From an uncultured Verrucomicrobiae bacterium (lineage in GTDB: Bacteria > Verrucomicrobiota > Verrucomicrobiia > Methylacidiphilales > UBA1321): a stretch of DNA of 64,000 nt. Shown piece by piece: positions 50,297 to 59,963 of this stretch; positions within the stretch are counted from its first letter, which is position 1; the number at the start of each line of letters is the position of its first letter. The stretch lies in NCBI GenBank assembly GCA_963702985.1, contig OY969777.1:2662819-2726818 (forward strand), read 5' to 3'. The notes under the pieces were generated by a model. It did not search any database and was not told the DNA's origin. It saw only the letters and a list, made by a program, of their open reading frames with translations. The position numbers and the translations under genes were made by a program.

Positions 50297-51269
50297 CTCT
50301 TCGATTGTCGCCACAGGGGCCTACCTTCCCAGCCGCGTTCTCGCCAACGCGGAACTGGAGAAGATGGTCGACACCAGCAACGAGTGGATCCTCAGCCGCA
50401 CCGGCATCCGCGAGCGGCGCATCGCCGCGGAGGACGAGTTCACCTCGGACATGGGCGCCTGCGCGGCCCGGCAGGCGATCGAGTTGGGCGGAATCGACCC
50501 CCAAGCCATCGACCTGATCATCGTGGCCACCTGCACGGCGGACACGGTCTTTCCCTCCACGGCCTGCTACATCCAGAACAAGATCGGCGCGACTCGCGCG
50601 GCGGCCTTCGATGTCCAGGCCGCCTGCTCCGGTTTTCTCTATGCGCTCGTCACCGCCGATCAGTTCATCGCCGCCGGCGCTTATAAGACCGTCCTGGTCG
50701 TCGGCTCGGAAAAGCTTTCCTCCGTCGTCAACTGGCAGGACCGCAACACCTGCGTCCTCTTTGGCGACGGGGCCGGCGCCGTCATCCTGCAACACCGCCC
50801 CGGATCGCGCGGTTTGCTCGCCTTCGACCTCGGCGCGGACGGAGCGCAAACAAGCATTCTTTCCATTCCAGCCGGCGGTTGCCGGATACCGATTACGCCC
50901 AAAGTCATCGACCAGCGGCTGCAATTTCTCCAGATGGCGGGCAAGGAAGTTTTCAAATACGCGGTCACCGCCATGAACCGCTCGGCGGAGGAATGCCTCG
51001 AAAAGGCGGGAGTCAGGCCCGATCAAGTCCGGTGGTTCATTCCGCACCAGGCCAATTTCCGCATCGTCGACGCCGTGGCCCAGCGCATGAACGTGGGCAT
51101 GGAGCACTTCGTCATGAACCTGGATCGCTACGGCAACACGTCATCGGCCTGCATGCCCATCGCGCTGCACGAAACGAGCATGGCGGGCAAACTCGATCGC
51201 GGCGACCTGGTCCTGATGGTCTCCTTCGGCGGCGGCCTGACCTGGGCGAGTACCGTGCTGGAGTGGTAA
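50277..51269 (+). CDS. fabH: 3-oxoacyl-ACP synthase III
   Basis: AACSGF, LFGDGAGA, PHQAN, GNTSSA, FGGGLTW. Confidence 0.96.
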   Translation: MENARRSSSIVATGAYLPSRVLANAELEKMVDTSNEWILSRTGIRERRIAAEDEFTSDMGACAARQAIELGGIDPQAIDLIIVATCTADTVFPSTACYIQNKIGATRAAAFDVQAACSGFLYALVTADQFIAAGAYKTVLVVGSEKLSSVVNWQDRNTCVLFGDGAGAVILQHRPGSRGLLAFDLGADGAQTSILSIPAGGCRIPITPKVIDQRLQFLQMAGKEVFKYAVTAMNRSAEECLEKAGVRPDQVRWFIPHQANFRIVDAVAQRMNVGMEHFVMNLDRYGNTSSACMPIALHETSMAGKLDRGDLVLMVSFGGGLTWASTVLEW

Positions 51270-51336
51270 GACTTTTCTGTCATCCTGATCCTTCGACAAG
51301 CAAGGATGACGGCTTCCTTAAATACAACGAGTTCCC

Positions 51337-52644
51337 ATGGTCTTCCTGCCCCGCTTCTATTTCACGCTGGTGACGGCGATCCTGCTCGCGCTGGCATCCA
51401 CCCTGGCGCCCAACGGCATGGCCGCGAGCCTTCTGCTGACGCTGATGCTGACCTGCGCGGTGCTCGCCGATGTCGTCCTCATTCCCCGCGACGCCCTGCG
51501 CGTCAAAAGAAACGTGCCGCCGATTTTAAAACAAGCCCAGCTTGTCCAGGTCGAACTCACTCTTGTCAACCCGGGCGACACCGCCGCCTTGTTTCAGATC
51601 ATCGATTCCCCGCCGGTCGATTTCACCGGCTCGCCCTCTATGATTACCCTGCGCCTGCCGCCGCGGCGCGAGGTCGTCCAGACCTACAGCCTGAAAAGCT
51701 ACCGGCGGGGCAGCTTCTCCTTTGGCGCGGTCTTCTACCGAATCACCGGGCCGCTCGGCCTGATCCAGCGCCAGGGAAAAATCGACCTTCCCCAGCGGGT
51801 GCAGGTCCTCCCCGACATGACCGGCGAAGGCTCGCGCGATTTGCAACTCGCGCTGGCCGGGGCGTTCCAGGCCGGGCGCAGAAAAGCCGCGCGTCGCGGG
51901 GAAGGGAGCGAATTTGAATCGCTGCGCGAGCACCAGCGCGACGACGACTTCCGCCACATCGATTGGAAAGCCTCCGCCAAGCGCGGCAAGCTGATCAGCC
52001 GCCAGTACGAAACGGAACGGGACCAGCGCCTGATGATCCTGCTCGACACGGGCCGTCTGATGAGCCCGAAAATCGGTTCCTATCGCAAGCTCGACTACGC
52101 GATCAACGCCTCGGTGCATCTGGCCCAGATCGCGCTGCACAAGGGCGACCTGGTCGGCTACGCCATCTTCAACGACGAGCTGCGCGCCTTCGCCGAACCG
52201 AAAAAGGGGCAGGCGCAGATGTCGCATTTCGTGCGGAATTTGACCTCGCTCCAGGCCACGCGGCTCGAATCGGATTACGCCGCCGTTTTCCATCATGTCC
52301 TGCGGCGCTGCTCGCGGCGCACGCTGATCGTCTGCTTCACTGACCTGGGCGACGTCCACTCGGCCGAGAGCCTTCTCCAGGCCGCGCTGCCGCTCCTGCC
52401 GCGCCATTTGCCGGTCATCATCACGGTGAGCAATTCCGAAGTCCTCGCCGTCACGCGCAAGATTCCGGAAAACGAGTTCGAGGTTTACCGGCACGTCGCG
52501 GCGATGGAAATCTGGAACGATTACCAGCGCACCTTGCGCGGCCTGCGCAGCCGCGGCGTCGCGACCGTCAGCGTGCCGGCCCGGGAATTGAGCACGGCGG
52601 CGATCCAGGAATACCTGCGAATCAAGGAGACCGCGCGGCTGTAG
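51337..52644 (+). CDS. DUF58 (vWA-like) protein
   Basis: EFESLREH...DDFRHIDWKASA, LLDTGRLM. Confidence 0.9.
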   Translation: MVFLPRFYFTLVTAILLALASTLAPNGMAASLLLTLMLTCAVLADVVLIPRDALRVKRNVPPILKQAQLVQVELTLVNPGDTAALFQIIDSPPVDFTGSPSMITLRLPPRREVVQTYSLKSYRRGSFSFGAVFYRITGPLGLIQRQGKIDLPQRVQVLPDMTGEGSRDLQLALAGAFQAGRRKAARRGEGSEFESLREHQRDDDFRHIDWKASAKRGKLISRQYETERDQRLMILLDTGRLMSPKIGSYRKLDYAINASVHLAQIALHKGDLVGYAIFNDELRAFAEPKKGQAQMSHFVRNLTSLQATRLESDYAAVFHHVLRRCSRRTLIVCFTDLGDVHSAESLLQAALPLLPRHLPVIITVSNSEVLAVTRKIPENEFEVYRHVAAMEIWNDYQRTLRGLRSRGVATVSVPARELSTAAIQEYLRIKETARL

Positions 52645-52813
52645 CCTGGCAGCCGTCGCGCGGCGCGCGACGGCTACCTTGAGGCATAAGTTACAGCATC
52701 ATGAAAAGCAGTGTCTTGTGTTTTTGGATTAGCTTGGAAATGGCCCACTGCCAGCAGATTTGCCAACAAGATGCGGGTTTCCGCACGCGTGGATAGAAGC
52801 TTGAAAGAGGTGA

Positions 52814-53179
52814 TTGCTCTGCTTGACTAAATGGGCGATCCCAGCCGAAATCGAAATTTTGATTGAAGCTGTCCGTCAGCGCCCAGAGTTGGCCGAGGAT
52901 ATTCGTTTGCGAGCTCACGATGCGGTCGTCGTTGGTACCAGCATTGGAAGCTTTGACGAATCTTATATTAAGTTTTTAGATGAACAGATTCAGCTTGGCG
53001 CTCGTGGCGCTGAGTGGACAGAAAGGCTTCGGCGCCGGCGAGAGGGATTACGCGACTTTTGCAACGTTCCCTTGATTTCGGGGCGCATCTCCAATGGAGC
53101 GAGCAACATTTGGCTCAAGGTTGACCCTAAGACGAAAACTGTTGTTTTTTGGGAGGACTACGAAAATCCCGAACTTTAG
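52814..53179 (+). CDS. Hypothetical protein in a lower-GC islet
   Basis: ORF only; start uncertain. Confidence 0.45.
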   Translation: MLCLTKWAIPAEIEILIEAVRQRPELAEDIRLRAHDAVVVGTSIGSFDESYIKFLDEQIQLGARGAEWTERLRRRREGLRDFCNVPLISGRISNGASNIWLKVDPKTKTVVFWEDYENPEL

Positions 53180-53256
53180 CGTTTTCAAACTGTCTGTACC
53201 ACTCTTCGCAATCCCGCGAGCTTGACGGAAGGGCGGGAGAGGATACTTTCAAACGT

Positions 53257-53553
53257 ATGGCTGCGGCTACTCTTACCCGTGCGCGTTCACTGGTTTTCCG
53301 TCTCGCTCCTGAAGATCAGGTCGATCTTGCCAGTGCCATCGTTAGCCGGGTATCCCAGCTTCCCGCCAGTCGCCCTCGGAAACGTTTGGCGGCCTCCGTT
53401 GGTCGGAAGGTCAATCATCTGGCCAAGGCGATAGGTTCAACCCTGACAGGGAAAGACCTCGATGCTCGCTTGGAAAAGGCGATGAGCGGTAAAGAAAAAG
53501 GCATTTCTGCGTCTGTAGCCATCAAAGCAACCCGGAAGCGTCTGGGTCTCTAA
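53257..53553 (+). CDS. Addiction-module antitoxin-like protein
   Basis: LAPEDQVDLASAIVSRV...DLDARLEKAMSGKEKGI resembles addiction-module components usually paired with ParE. Confidence 0.6.
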   Translation: MAAATLTRARSLVFRLAPEDQVDLASAIVSRVSQLPASRPRKRLAASVGRKVNHLAKAIGSTLTGKDLDARLEKAMSGKEKGISASVAIKATRKRLGL

Positions 53554-53790
53554 CCCTTGAGTTTTCGTTGCGCCCAATAGCGCACTCGCCTGGCAGGATG
53601 AGCAATGGCCACAATCCACGTCACACCATCCCGAACGGTGTAAATGACCTTGAAATGGTGCTTGGGTGTTGGGCCAAACTTGCGGTAGTCGGAATAACCT
53701 TCCAGCGGGTATCGGTCGGGATGGTCCCGTATCTTTTCAAAGGCATCCTCAATTTCATCGACGAATTCTGCGACAGCCTAGGTGGTGTAA

Positions 53791-53941
53791 TACCAATTCT
53801 AAATTGAATTTAGTCTAAACAATCCGTCATCCTGAGCTTGTCGAAGGATCAGTTCGGAGGGGTTTTACCGAGGCGGAACTGATCCCTCGACAAGCTCGGG
53901 ATGACCGAAAGCTAAAGACCAAATTCCATTGAGAAATGGTA
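53791..53941. mobile_element. MITE family A, copy 3
   Basis: 151 bp, same termini, TAA duplication. Confidence 0.85.
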
Positions 53942-53979
53942 TAAGGCCTGCGGAAAAGAAAATTAGCCCAGCGAATAAA

Positions 53980-54072
53980 GAACCCCGCCGCAAGCAGCGG
54001 GGTATTGGGGAACAAATGTCAGATTATGATATATCGCCGCAAGCGGCGGGGAATTTACCCGGAGAGATTAAA
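53980..54072. mobile_element. 93-bp IS200/IS605-type non-autonomous element (two subterminal hairpins)
   Basis: CCCCGCCGCAAGCAGCGGGG and CGCCGCAAGCGGCG hairpins; TAAA at both junctions. Confidence 0.7.
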
Positions 54073-54319
54073 CTCAATATTCGCCGCTTTGACCAAAATG
54101 GGTTCGGGCTTTCTCATGCGCGTCGTTTCGTTTTCAACCTGCCAGCAAATGTGCCAGCAAAAAGGATCTAAAAGAAAGCTTTAGATAGTGGCGGCAAAGT
54201 ACATGCAAAGCTTTTTGCCCTCTGGCAAGCCCTTGTTAATCAGGTGGTGCGTAGGAACGACGGCTACCATCGGACCTGTTCCCTCGACAAGCGCGGGATG
54301 ACGGGAGCATTGTAACCTC

Positions 54320-55675
54320 GTGCTTCCGGAACTCCTTACGCCCATCCCCGGCCCGCAATCGCGCAAGCTGGCGGCGGAGTTGCGCGCGCATGAATCGCGG
54401 AACGTGACCTATGTCTCGCCGGGGTTTCCGGTGTTCTGGGAACGCGCGCACGGCGCGAACGTCTGGGACGCCGACGGCAACCGGTTCCTCGATGTCACAA
54501 GCGGCTTCGGCGTGGCGGGCCTCGGCCACATGCCGGAAAAAATCGTGGCGGCCATTCAGGACCAGGCCGCGCGGCTTTACCACGCGATGGGCGACGTCCA
54601 TCCGAGCGCGGAAAAGGCCGCGCTTTGCCGGCGGCTCTCGCAACTAACGTTCGAGAAATGGAAGCTCGGCGCGGGCAAGGTCTTCCTCGCCAATTCGGGC
54701 GGCGAAGCGGTCGAGGCGGCGCTGAAAACCGCGTGGCTCGCGACGAAACGGCGCGGCGTCCTCGCCTTCACGGGCGGCTATCACGGCCTCGGCTACGGCG
54801 CGCTCACCGTGAACGGGCGCGATTATTTCCGCGATCCGTTCGCCGCGCAACTCGCCGACTTCGCCACGTTCATGCCGTTCCCGAGCTGCCAGCATTGCCC
54901 GTTCGGCGCGACGGGCCGCGAGCCTTCCGCATGTCTGCCCGATTGCATGAACACCTTTACCGCCCGCGCGGAAAAGCTGCTTCGCACGGGTAAAATCGGC
55001 GCGATCCTGGTCGAGCCGGTGCAGGCCCGCGGGGGCGAAGTGGCGCCGCCCGGCTGGTTTCTGCCCATGCTCCGCTCGCTGGCGAATCAATCCGGCGCGC
55101 TGCTTATTTTCGACGAAATTTACACGGGCTTTTATCGCACGGGACGCCGCTTCGCCTGCGATCACTGGAAGGTCCAGCCCGATCTCATCTGCCTCGGCAA
55201 GGCGCTCACGGGCGGCTTTCCGCTCGGCGCGTGCGTGGGCCGGGCGAAAATCATGGACGCCGCGTGGCCGGAATCGACCGGCGAGGCGCTTCACACGAGC
55301 ACGTTTCTGGGCAATCCGCTCGGCTGCCGGATGGCGCTCGAATCGCTTGCCCTGCTCGAAGCGGAACCGTGGAGCAAGCGCGTCGAGAAGCTGGGCCGTC
55401 ATCTGGAAAAAGGCCTCCTTAAGCTGCAAGGCACATCCAAGCGCTGGGGCTGGAGCCGCGGCCTTGGCCTGATGCGCGGGGTGGAAGTCGTCGATGCGAA
55501 CGGCCGGCCCGACGCCCCGCGCGCCGGCCAACTCGTCGAGGCGATGCTCGCGCGCGGGATCATTCTCCTCAGCGGCGGCGTCGCGGCGAATGTTCTCTCG
55601 TTCACGCCGCCGTTCGTTATCAGCGAGGAGGAAATCGATTTTGTTTTGGACCAACTCGCCGAGGCTGAAGTTTGA
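54320..55675 (+). CDS. Class III PLP aminotransferase (GabT/ArgD-like)
   Basis: NSGGEAVE, GGYHG, EPVQARGG, FDEIYTGFYRTG, GKALTGG. Confidence 0.92.
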   Translation: MLPELLTPIPGPQSRKLAAELRAHESRNVTYVSPGFPVFWERAHGANVWDADGNRFLDVTSGFGVAGLGHMPEKIVAAIQDQAARLYHAMGDVHPSAEKAALCRRLSQLTFEKWKLGAGKVFLANSGGEAVEAALKTAWLATKRRGVLAFTGGYHGLGYGALTVNGRDYFRDPFAAQLADFATFMPFPSCQHCPFGATGREPSACLPDCMNTFTARAEKLLRTGKIGAILVEPVQARGGEVAPPGWFLPMLRSLANQSGALLIFDEIYTGFYRTGRRFACDHWKVQPDLICLGKALTGGFPLGACVGRAKIMDAAWPESTGEALHTSTFLGNPLGCRMALESLALLEAEPWSKRVEKLGRHLEKGLLKLQGTSKRWGWSRGLGLMRGVEVVDANGRPDAPRAGQLVEAMLARGIILLSGGVAANVLSFTPPFVISEEEIDFVLDQLAEAEV

Positions 55676-55845
55676 CGGAATTAACGGAATTACGGAATTG
55701 TTGAGAGGAAGGGAGGCAAAAGGCAGGAGAAGGTTTTAAATAGGATTAATAAGATTAAAATGATTTTAAAGGCAAGCCGTTTTTCTTCAGCCAATCCTAT
55801 TAATCCCATCTAAAAAAATTTGCTAATTCCGTTAATTCCGTCAGA
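55671..55845. repeat. Nested inverted AT-rich repeats between convergent genes
   Basis: TGACGGAATTAACGGAATT...AATTCCGTTAATTCCGTCA enclosing ATAGGATTAATAAGATT...AATCCTATTAATCCCAT. Confidence 0.7.
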
Positions 55846-55848
55846 AAT

Positions 55849-57351
55849 TCAATTCGGCTCTTTCCAATAGACGACGACGTGCTCGTCGCGATAGACCTCT
55901 TTCCATTCGGGCAGGAAATGGAGAAGTTGGTTCAATTGGAGATAGGGCTCGATGATGAGCGAATCGTAGTTGCCTTTTTTGAGCTTTTCATCCCAACCGG
56001 CGGAGCCATTCGTCATATTGACGAACCAGTAAACGGCATCATCGCCGTAGAAGTCGCCGCGATCGTCAATGCTGACGCGGAAATCGGGGCGCATGTTCCA
56101 GAGCAGCGGCCCCGCGTTGCCTGTCGTCGTCAGCGACCGGTGAAAGCGGCCCGGGTGGTCCCGCAAAAAGCTGATCAGCTTCGGCGAAATGTCCCTGCCC
56201 ACTTGAATGTTGCGCGCAATCGGCGTCCGCACAAAAAGCGCCGCCAGCACCAGCGCCGCAACCAGCGCCAGCCAGGCATCGCCTCCCGCCCGCCTTTGTT
56301 CGGCCTGAAACGCTTTCAATCGGTCCCGCAAAAAAGGCCACCAGGCGCCGTGCATCAGGATTTCCAAATCGCGCGCCACCGGCACCGCCGCGATTTCCAC
56401 CAGCAACAGCACATGCCGCTGCGCCTTCAGGCCTTCGTAGAGAAAGAAGAGCACGGGTAAAACCGTTTCCCAGCGCCAGAGCGGCGCGCGTTTGAAAACC
56501 CGCGCCATGAATACGACCGCCAGGAGGAACATCACCGCGATGGCGGACATGCTTGGCGTGGCAAAGTTCGGCGGCAGATATTCAACCCAAAGCGCGGCGC
56601 TCTTCAAAGTGGTTGCCATGAGAAAAACGTGCCGGTGCAAAGCCCAGCCCCACGGATTGAGCCATGTCGCCAGGGTGCATAGCAGGGTCAACCCGATCCA
56701 CGGGATCAGCGGCGCTTCCTCGCCATCGACCCGTTTGCAAACGCGGTCGAGCAAACGCCCGGCCATCGACATCGCCAAAAAGAGGAGCGCCGCCAGCCAG
56801 CCCGCATGAAGATTCGCCCAGGCCGCAAACACCACCGGCAAAACCAGCCAATCGCGCATGAGCGGTTGCGTCCGCCGGCGCCAGACCTCGACCACAACAG
56901 CCATGAAAAGATAGGTGAACAGAACCGGTCGGGCGGAAAAATGGATCTGCAGCGTCAGAAAAGCGACGCCGGTGTAAAGAAGCACGACCGAGAGCGACAG
57001 TCCCGACTGGAGCAGCATCCGGTAAATGACCAGGATCGTGGCGGCAAAAATTGCATAGCAAAACGCGCACACCAAGCCCAGCCCCCCGGCGCGATAGAGC
57101 TCGCCGAGGGTCGCCTCAAAGGCCCACTCGAAATCGGTCCAGGGCTGTCCCGCTTTGGTAAAGCTTAATGGATCGGCGCGCGGAACCTGGCCCGTCTCGA
57201 GAATCACCTCCGCCGTCCGCAAATGCCTCCCGACGCCGGGGTCTTCAAAGATGCGGCCGGGGCTGAAGAACATCCATGACTCGATGGCCAAAAAGAGAAT
57301 GAAACCGAAAGACGGCAGCCACCAGACCGGCTTCATCGCGGACTCAAACAT
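55849..57351 (-). CDS. Polytopic membrane protein, putative GT-C-fold glycosyltransferase
   Basis: DPGVGRHL...DPLSFT...PWTDFEW, ARPVLF, WANLHAG, LNPWG, IDDRGDFY motifs; function inferred. Confidence 0.7.
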   Translation of the reverse strand: MFESAMKPVWWLPSFGFILFLAIESWMFFSPGRIFEDPGVGRHLRTAEVILETGQVPRADPLSFTKAGQPWTDFEWAFEATLGELYRAGGLGLVCAFCYAIFAATILVIYRMLLQSGLSLSVVLLYTGVAFLTLQIHFSARPVLFTYLFMAVVVEVWRRRTQPLMRDWLVLPVVFAAWANLHAGWLAALLFLAMSMAGRLLDRVCKRVDGEEAPLIPWIGLTLLCTLATWLNPWGWALHRHVFLMATTLKSAALWVEYLPPNFATPSMSAIAVMFLLAVVFMARVFKRAPLWRWETVLPVLFFLYEGLKAQRHVLLLVEIAAVPVARDLEILMHGAWWPFLRDRLKAFQAEQRRAGGDAWLALVAALVLAALFVRTPIARNIQVGRDISPKLISFLRDHPGRFHRSLTTTGNAGPLLWNMRPDFRVSIDDRGDFYGDDAVYWFVNMTNGSAGWDEKLKKGNYDSLIIEPYLQLNQLLHFLPEWKEVYRDEHVVVYWKEPN

Positions 57352-57427
57352 CGAAAGAGACGTTAGGGTGCCTCACGCACGGCTGTCACCGCGAATTCAC
57401 TTAAAATCGCGGGGTGCCAGCTTGGGC

Positions 57428-57469
57428 AAAAAAAACGCGCGGCCTTCTTTTTCAAAAAGCCGCGCGGTT
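57428..57469 (-). terminator. Intrinsic terminator after flp4
   Basis: CGCGCGGC...GCCGCGCG stem followed by a T run on the minus strand. Confidence 0.65.
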
Positions 57470-57474
57470 AAAAT

Positions 57475-57696
57475 TCAATGGGAGGCCTGAGAACTTGCAA
57501 CCGTGGAGTCTATCTTCGAATAAAGGCTAGTCGCCTCCTTTCCCAAACTGATCATGACTCCGACCGCCACGATGGAAATAATCGCGATAATCAGGGCGTA
57601 TTCCACGAGGGTCTGGCCGCGGCAACGAGGGGGGCGCCGCAATCGCACCGCCATCCGCATCGGATAAAGCAAAATCGGCCCTTTGATTTTGATCAT
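57475..57696 (-). CDS. flp: Flp pilin 4
   Basis: RG|QTLVEYALII; AGGAGGTG RBS. Confidence 0.9.
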   Translation of the reverse strand: MIKIKGPILLYPMRMAVRLRRPPRCRGQTLVEYALIIAIISIVAVGVMISLGKEATSLYSKIDSTVASSQASH

Positions 57697-58042
57697 GCCA
57701 CTCACCTCCTTTCCTGGATGAACCCGAAGCGCATGGCTTTACCGGCAAGCCGGCTTTCCCGCCGCGACACGCTGACACGAGCGCGGTTTGTATGTGATCG
57801 CAACCACGGAAACGTGGGAACCACCCTGCTGCTTCTGGATCTTGTCTGAAAGTCATAAATTATAGGAGTGGCCCTCTTGTCCTGAGGGATACCTGCGGCA
57901 TGGCTGATCGAGATTAAAATTAAGGCGCATTAACAACTCAATCCGATAACACGATAACATAAAAAAGTTCAAGCCATAATTTATTTTTAAAAAAAAATTG
58001 GAGTCGAGGGTCATTCCGCTTTTTCAGGCCCTTCCTTTATTA

Positions 58043-58058
58043 AGCCTATGCTATGCCA
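58043..58058 (-). promoter_or_regulatory. Candidate sigma54 -24/-12 element upstream of flp4
   Basis: TGGCATAGCATAGGCT (GG-N10-GC). Confidence 0.35.
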
Positions 58059-58318
58059 CTCTAAGTTTAGCTTATCCAATCTGGACGCGTAGGCTGCGAT
58101 AGGCGACCCATTCGCGGCTTGGAGGTGGCGGAGATGTCGGCAACACCGCAACCTTTTTGCCTACCTAAGGCTCGAGCCGCATGGGAACAGTTCGCGGCGG
58201 CATGGGGAAGCCTCTATCTGGGCCTGCCGTCGGACGAAGGCATGGTTGAACCGGGCTGGCGAGTCGAAGCGAAGGAAAAGAAAGAAGCGCATGGAGCTAA
58301 CATGCCGAGGACGCAACC

Positions 58319-59323
58319 TCAGGTTGACTGCGTCAGGGCACTGAGGCGGTTGCTTGCGTCCCAATAGCCCACAAGCAGCGCCGCGATCAGGACGAGATAC
58401 ATCAGGGCCATGGTGAGCCGGTTCGAGATGTGGGTGTTGTAATAAGCCTGCATTTCCGCCGTCGGCTGGCCGAAGAGGGTCTCTTTGATGCGCGGAAAGG
58501 CGACAACAAGCACGATGATAATGATGAAGATCGAATTCCAGGCGTGGAAATAAACGACCGAAGCGCCGAGCAGGAGAAGTCCGACGATCCAAAACCAGGG
58601 CGAGACGGCGGCGCAAATCCGGCCTCCATCCAGCGGCGGCACCGGGATCATGTTGAAGAGATTGATGAGAAAGCTGAGGGAGGCGACGGCCATCACCCAG
58701 TTTTCCTGCAATTGCAGGGCGATGGCCCAGCAGATCCACGAGCCGATGCAGCCCGCGAGCGGTCCGCCGTAGGCCATGAGGGCCTCGCTCCAGGCATCGC
58801 GCGGGCTTTGCTTCATGATGATGGCGGCCCCGACGAACGGGATGAAGAGGGGCGCGCTCACGGGCATTCCGAGCCACTTCGCGGCGATGACGTGTCCCAT
58901 TTCATGGACAAAAATCAGGAAGACCAGGCCCGCCGCGAACCGCCAGCCGAACAGCAGCGAGTAGGCCCCGATCATCACCAGCATCGACAGGCTGGTCTTG
59001 AGCGCGCCCCAGAGGAGGAACTTGAATTTAAAAGCGGCGTAGGCGAGGGCGGCGATCCCGGTCCCTATTTTTTGCAGGAGAGACTTATTTTGGGCGGGCG
59101 AGCGATGGAGCGCCTCGGGTGTGGTGGTCGCCACCGGCGCGGCAGGCGCGGCGGGCCGGACAAAAGCGAAGCCCGGAATCTGCTTGAGCGGAATCCAACT
59201 CGCGAGGCCCTCCTGCCAGGCCAAATCCGTATCGACCAGGTTTCCGGAGACGACAAGCTTCTGCGCTTCCACGATGGAATAGGGGCCGAACCGCTGACCA
59301 TTCCGTGTGATGTAAATTGACAT
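58319..59323 (-). CDS. Site-2 (M50) protease with N-terminal GYF_2/DUF4339 domain
   Basis: NGQRFGPYS...DLAWQEGLASWIPLKQI; HEMGH; NMIPVPPLDG. Confidence 0.88.
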   Translation of the reverse strand: MSIYITRNGQRFGPYSIVEAQKLVVSGNLVDTDLAWQEGLASWIPLKQIPGFAFVRPAAPAAPVATTTPEALHRSPAQNKSLLQKIGTGIAALAYAAFKFKFLLWGALKTSLSMLVMIGAYSLLFGWRFAAGLVFLIFVHEMGHVIAAKWLGMPVSAPLFIPFVGAAIIMKQSPRDAWSEALMAYGGPLAGCIGSWICWAIALQLQENWVMAVASLSFLINLFNMIPVPPLDGGRICAAVSPWFWIVGLLLLGASVVYFHAWNSIFIIIIVLVVAFPRIKETLFGQPTAEMQAYYNTHISNRLTMALMYLVLIAALLVGYWDASNRLSALTQST

Positions 59324-59407
59324 GGCGTCCCTTTCGTTGCTAGTGGCATTCATAGCGAAGTTTGTCGCCGGGGAAAGGCAATAAGCCGCGTCATGGGACT
59401 GCCGTCC

Positions 59408-59956
59408 CTACCCGATCGCCGCCAGAATCTCCGCGCGATGTTGCGACCAGAGCAGGCGCAAGGCCCCGGCGACATGGTCCGGATATTCGTCGATCAGGAT
59501 GTCGAGCTCAGCCGGGACGATCCAGCGGCCCTCCGTGATTTCGTCCGGGTTCAGATCAAACCGGCCGGAAAGCGGGCCGAGCAGGAAAACCTGGATGAAC
59601 TCGCAGCCGGTTTCCGGTGAGGCATGGAGCTTCAAAAGCGGCCGCAGCGTCAGCCTCGTGTCATGCCAGCCAAGTTCCTCGCCCAACTCGCGCCGCGCCG
59701 CGCCGGGATAATCCTCGCCCGCGTCAACATGCCCGCTGCACGACGAATCCCAGCAGCCGGGAAAGGTGTCCTTGTCCGGGCCGCGCCGTTGCAGGAACAG
59801 ATGGCCGTTCGGGTCGTGAACCAGCACATGCACCGCGCGATGCAGGAGCTTTTGCGCGTGAACTTCGCGCCGAGACGCATGGCCGGTGATCCGGTCGTCG
59901 AGGTCGACCACGTCGAAAAGCTCGTCCGGGCCGGCAGCCTTTGGGGTCTTGCTCAT
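59408..59956 (-). CDS. NUDIX hydrolase (Idi/YfcD-like)
   Basis: LLHRAVH, GHVDAGE...ARRELGEELG. Confidence 0.88.
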   Translation of the reverse strand: MSKTPKAAGPDELFDVVDLDDRITGHASRREVHAQKLLHRAVHVLVHDPNGHLFLQRRGPDKDTFPGCWDSSCSGHVDAGEDYPGAARRELGEELGWHDTRLTLRPLLKLHASPETGCEFIQVFLLGPLSGRFDLNPDEITEGRWIVPAELDILIDEYPDHVAGALRLLWSQHRAEILAAIG

Positions 59957-59963
59957 AAAAAAA

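Larger units (their letters stand above)
53550..54117 (-). pseudogene. ParE-like toxin interrupted by two mini-elements and a TAG
   Basis: Removing 53980-54072 and 53791-53944 gives 321 bp in frame: MRKPEPILVKAANIEFIRWANFLFRRPYTT*AVAEFVDEIEDAFEKIRDHPDRY...IVAIAHPARRVRYW. Confidence 0.8.

Noticed and set aside
57700-58040. c-di-GMP riboswitch in the long flp4 upstream region
   Set aside because: Hairpins are present but the GEMM consensus could not be matched by eye.
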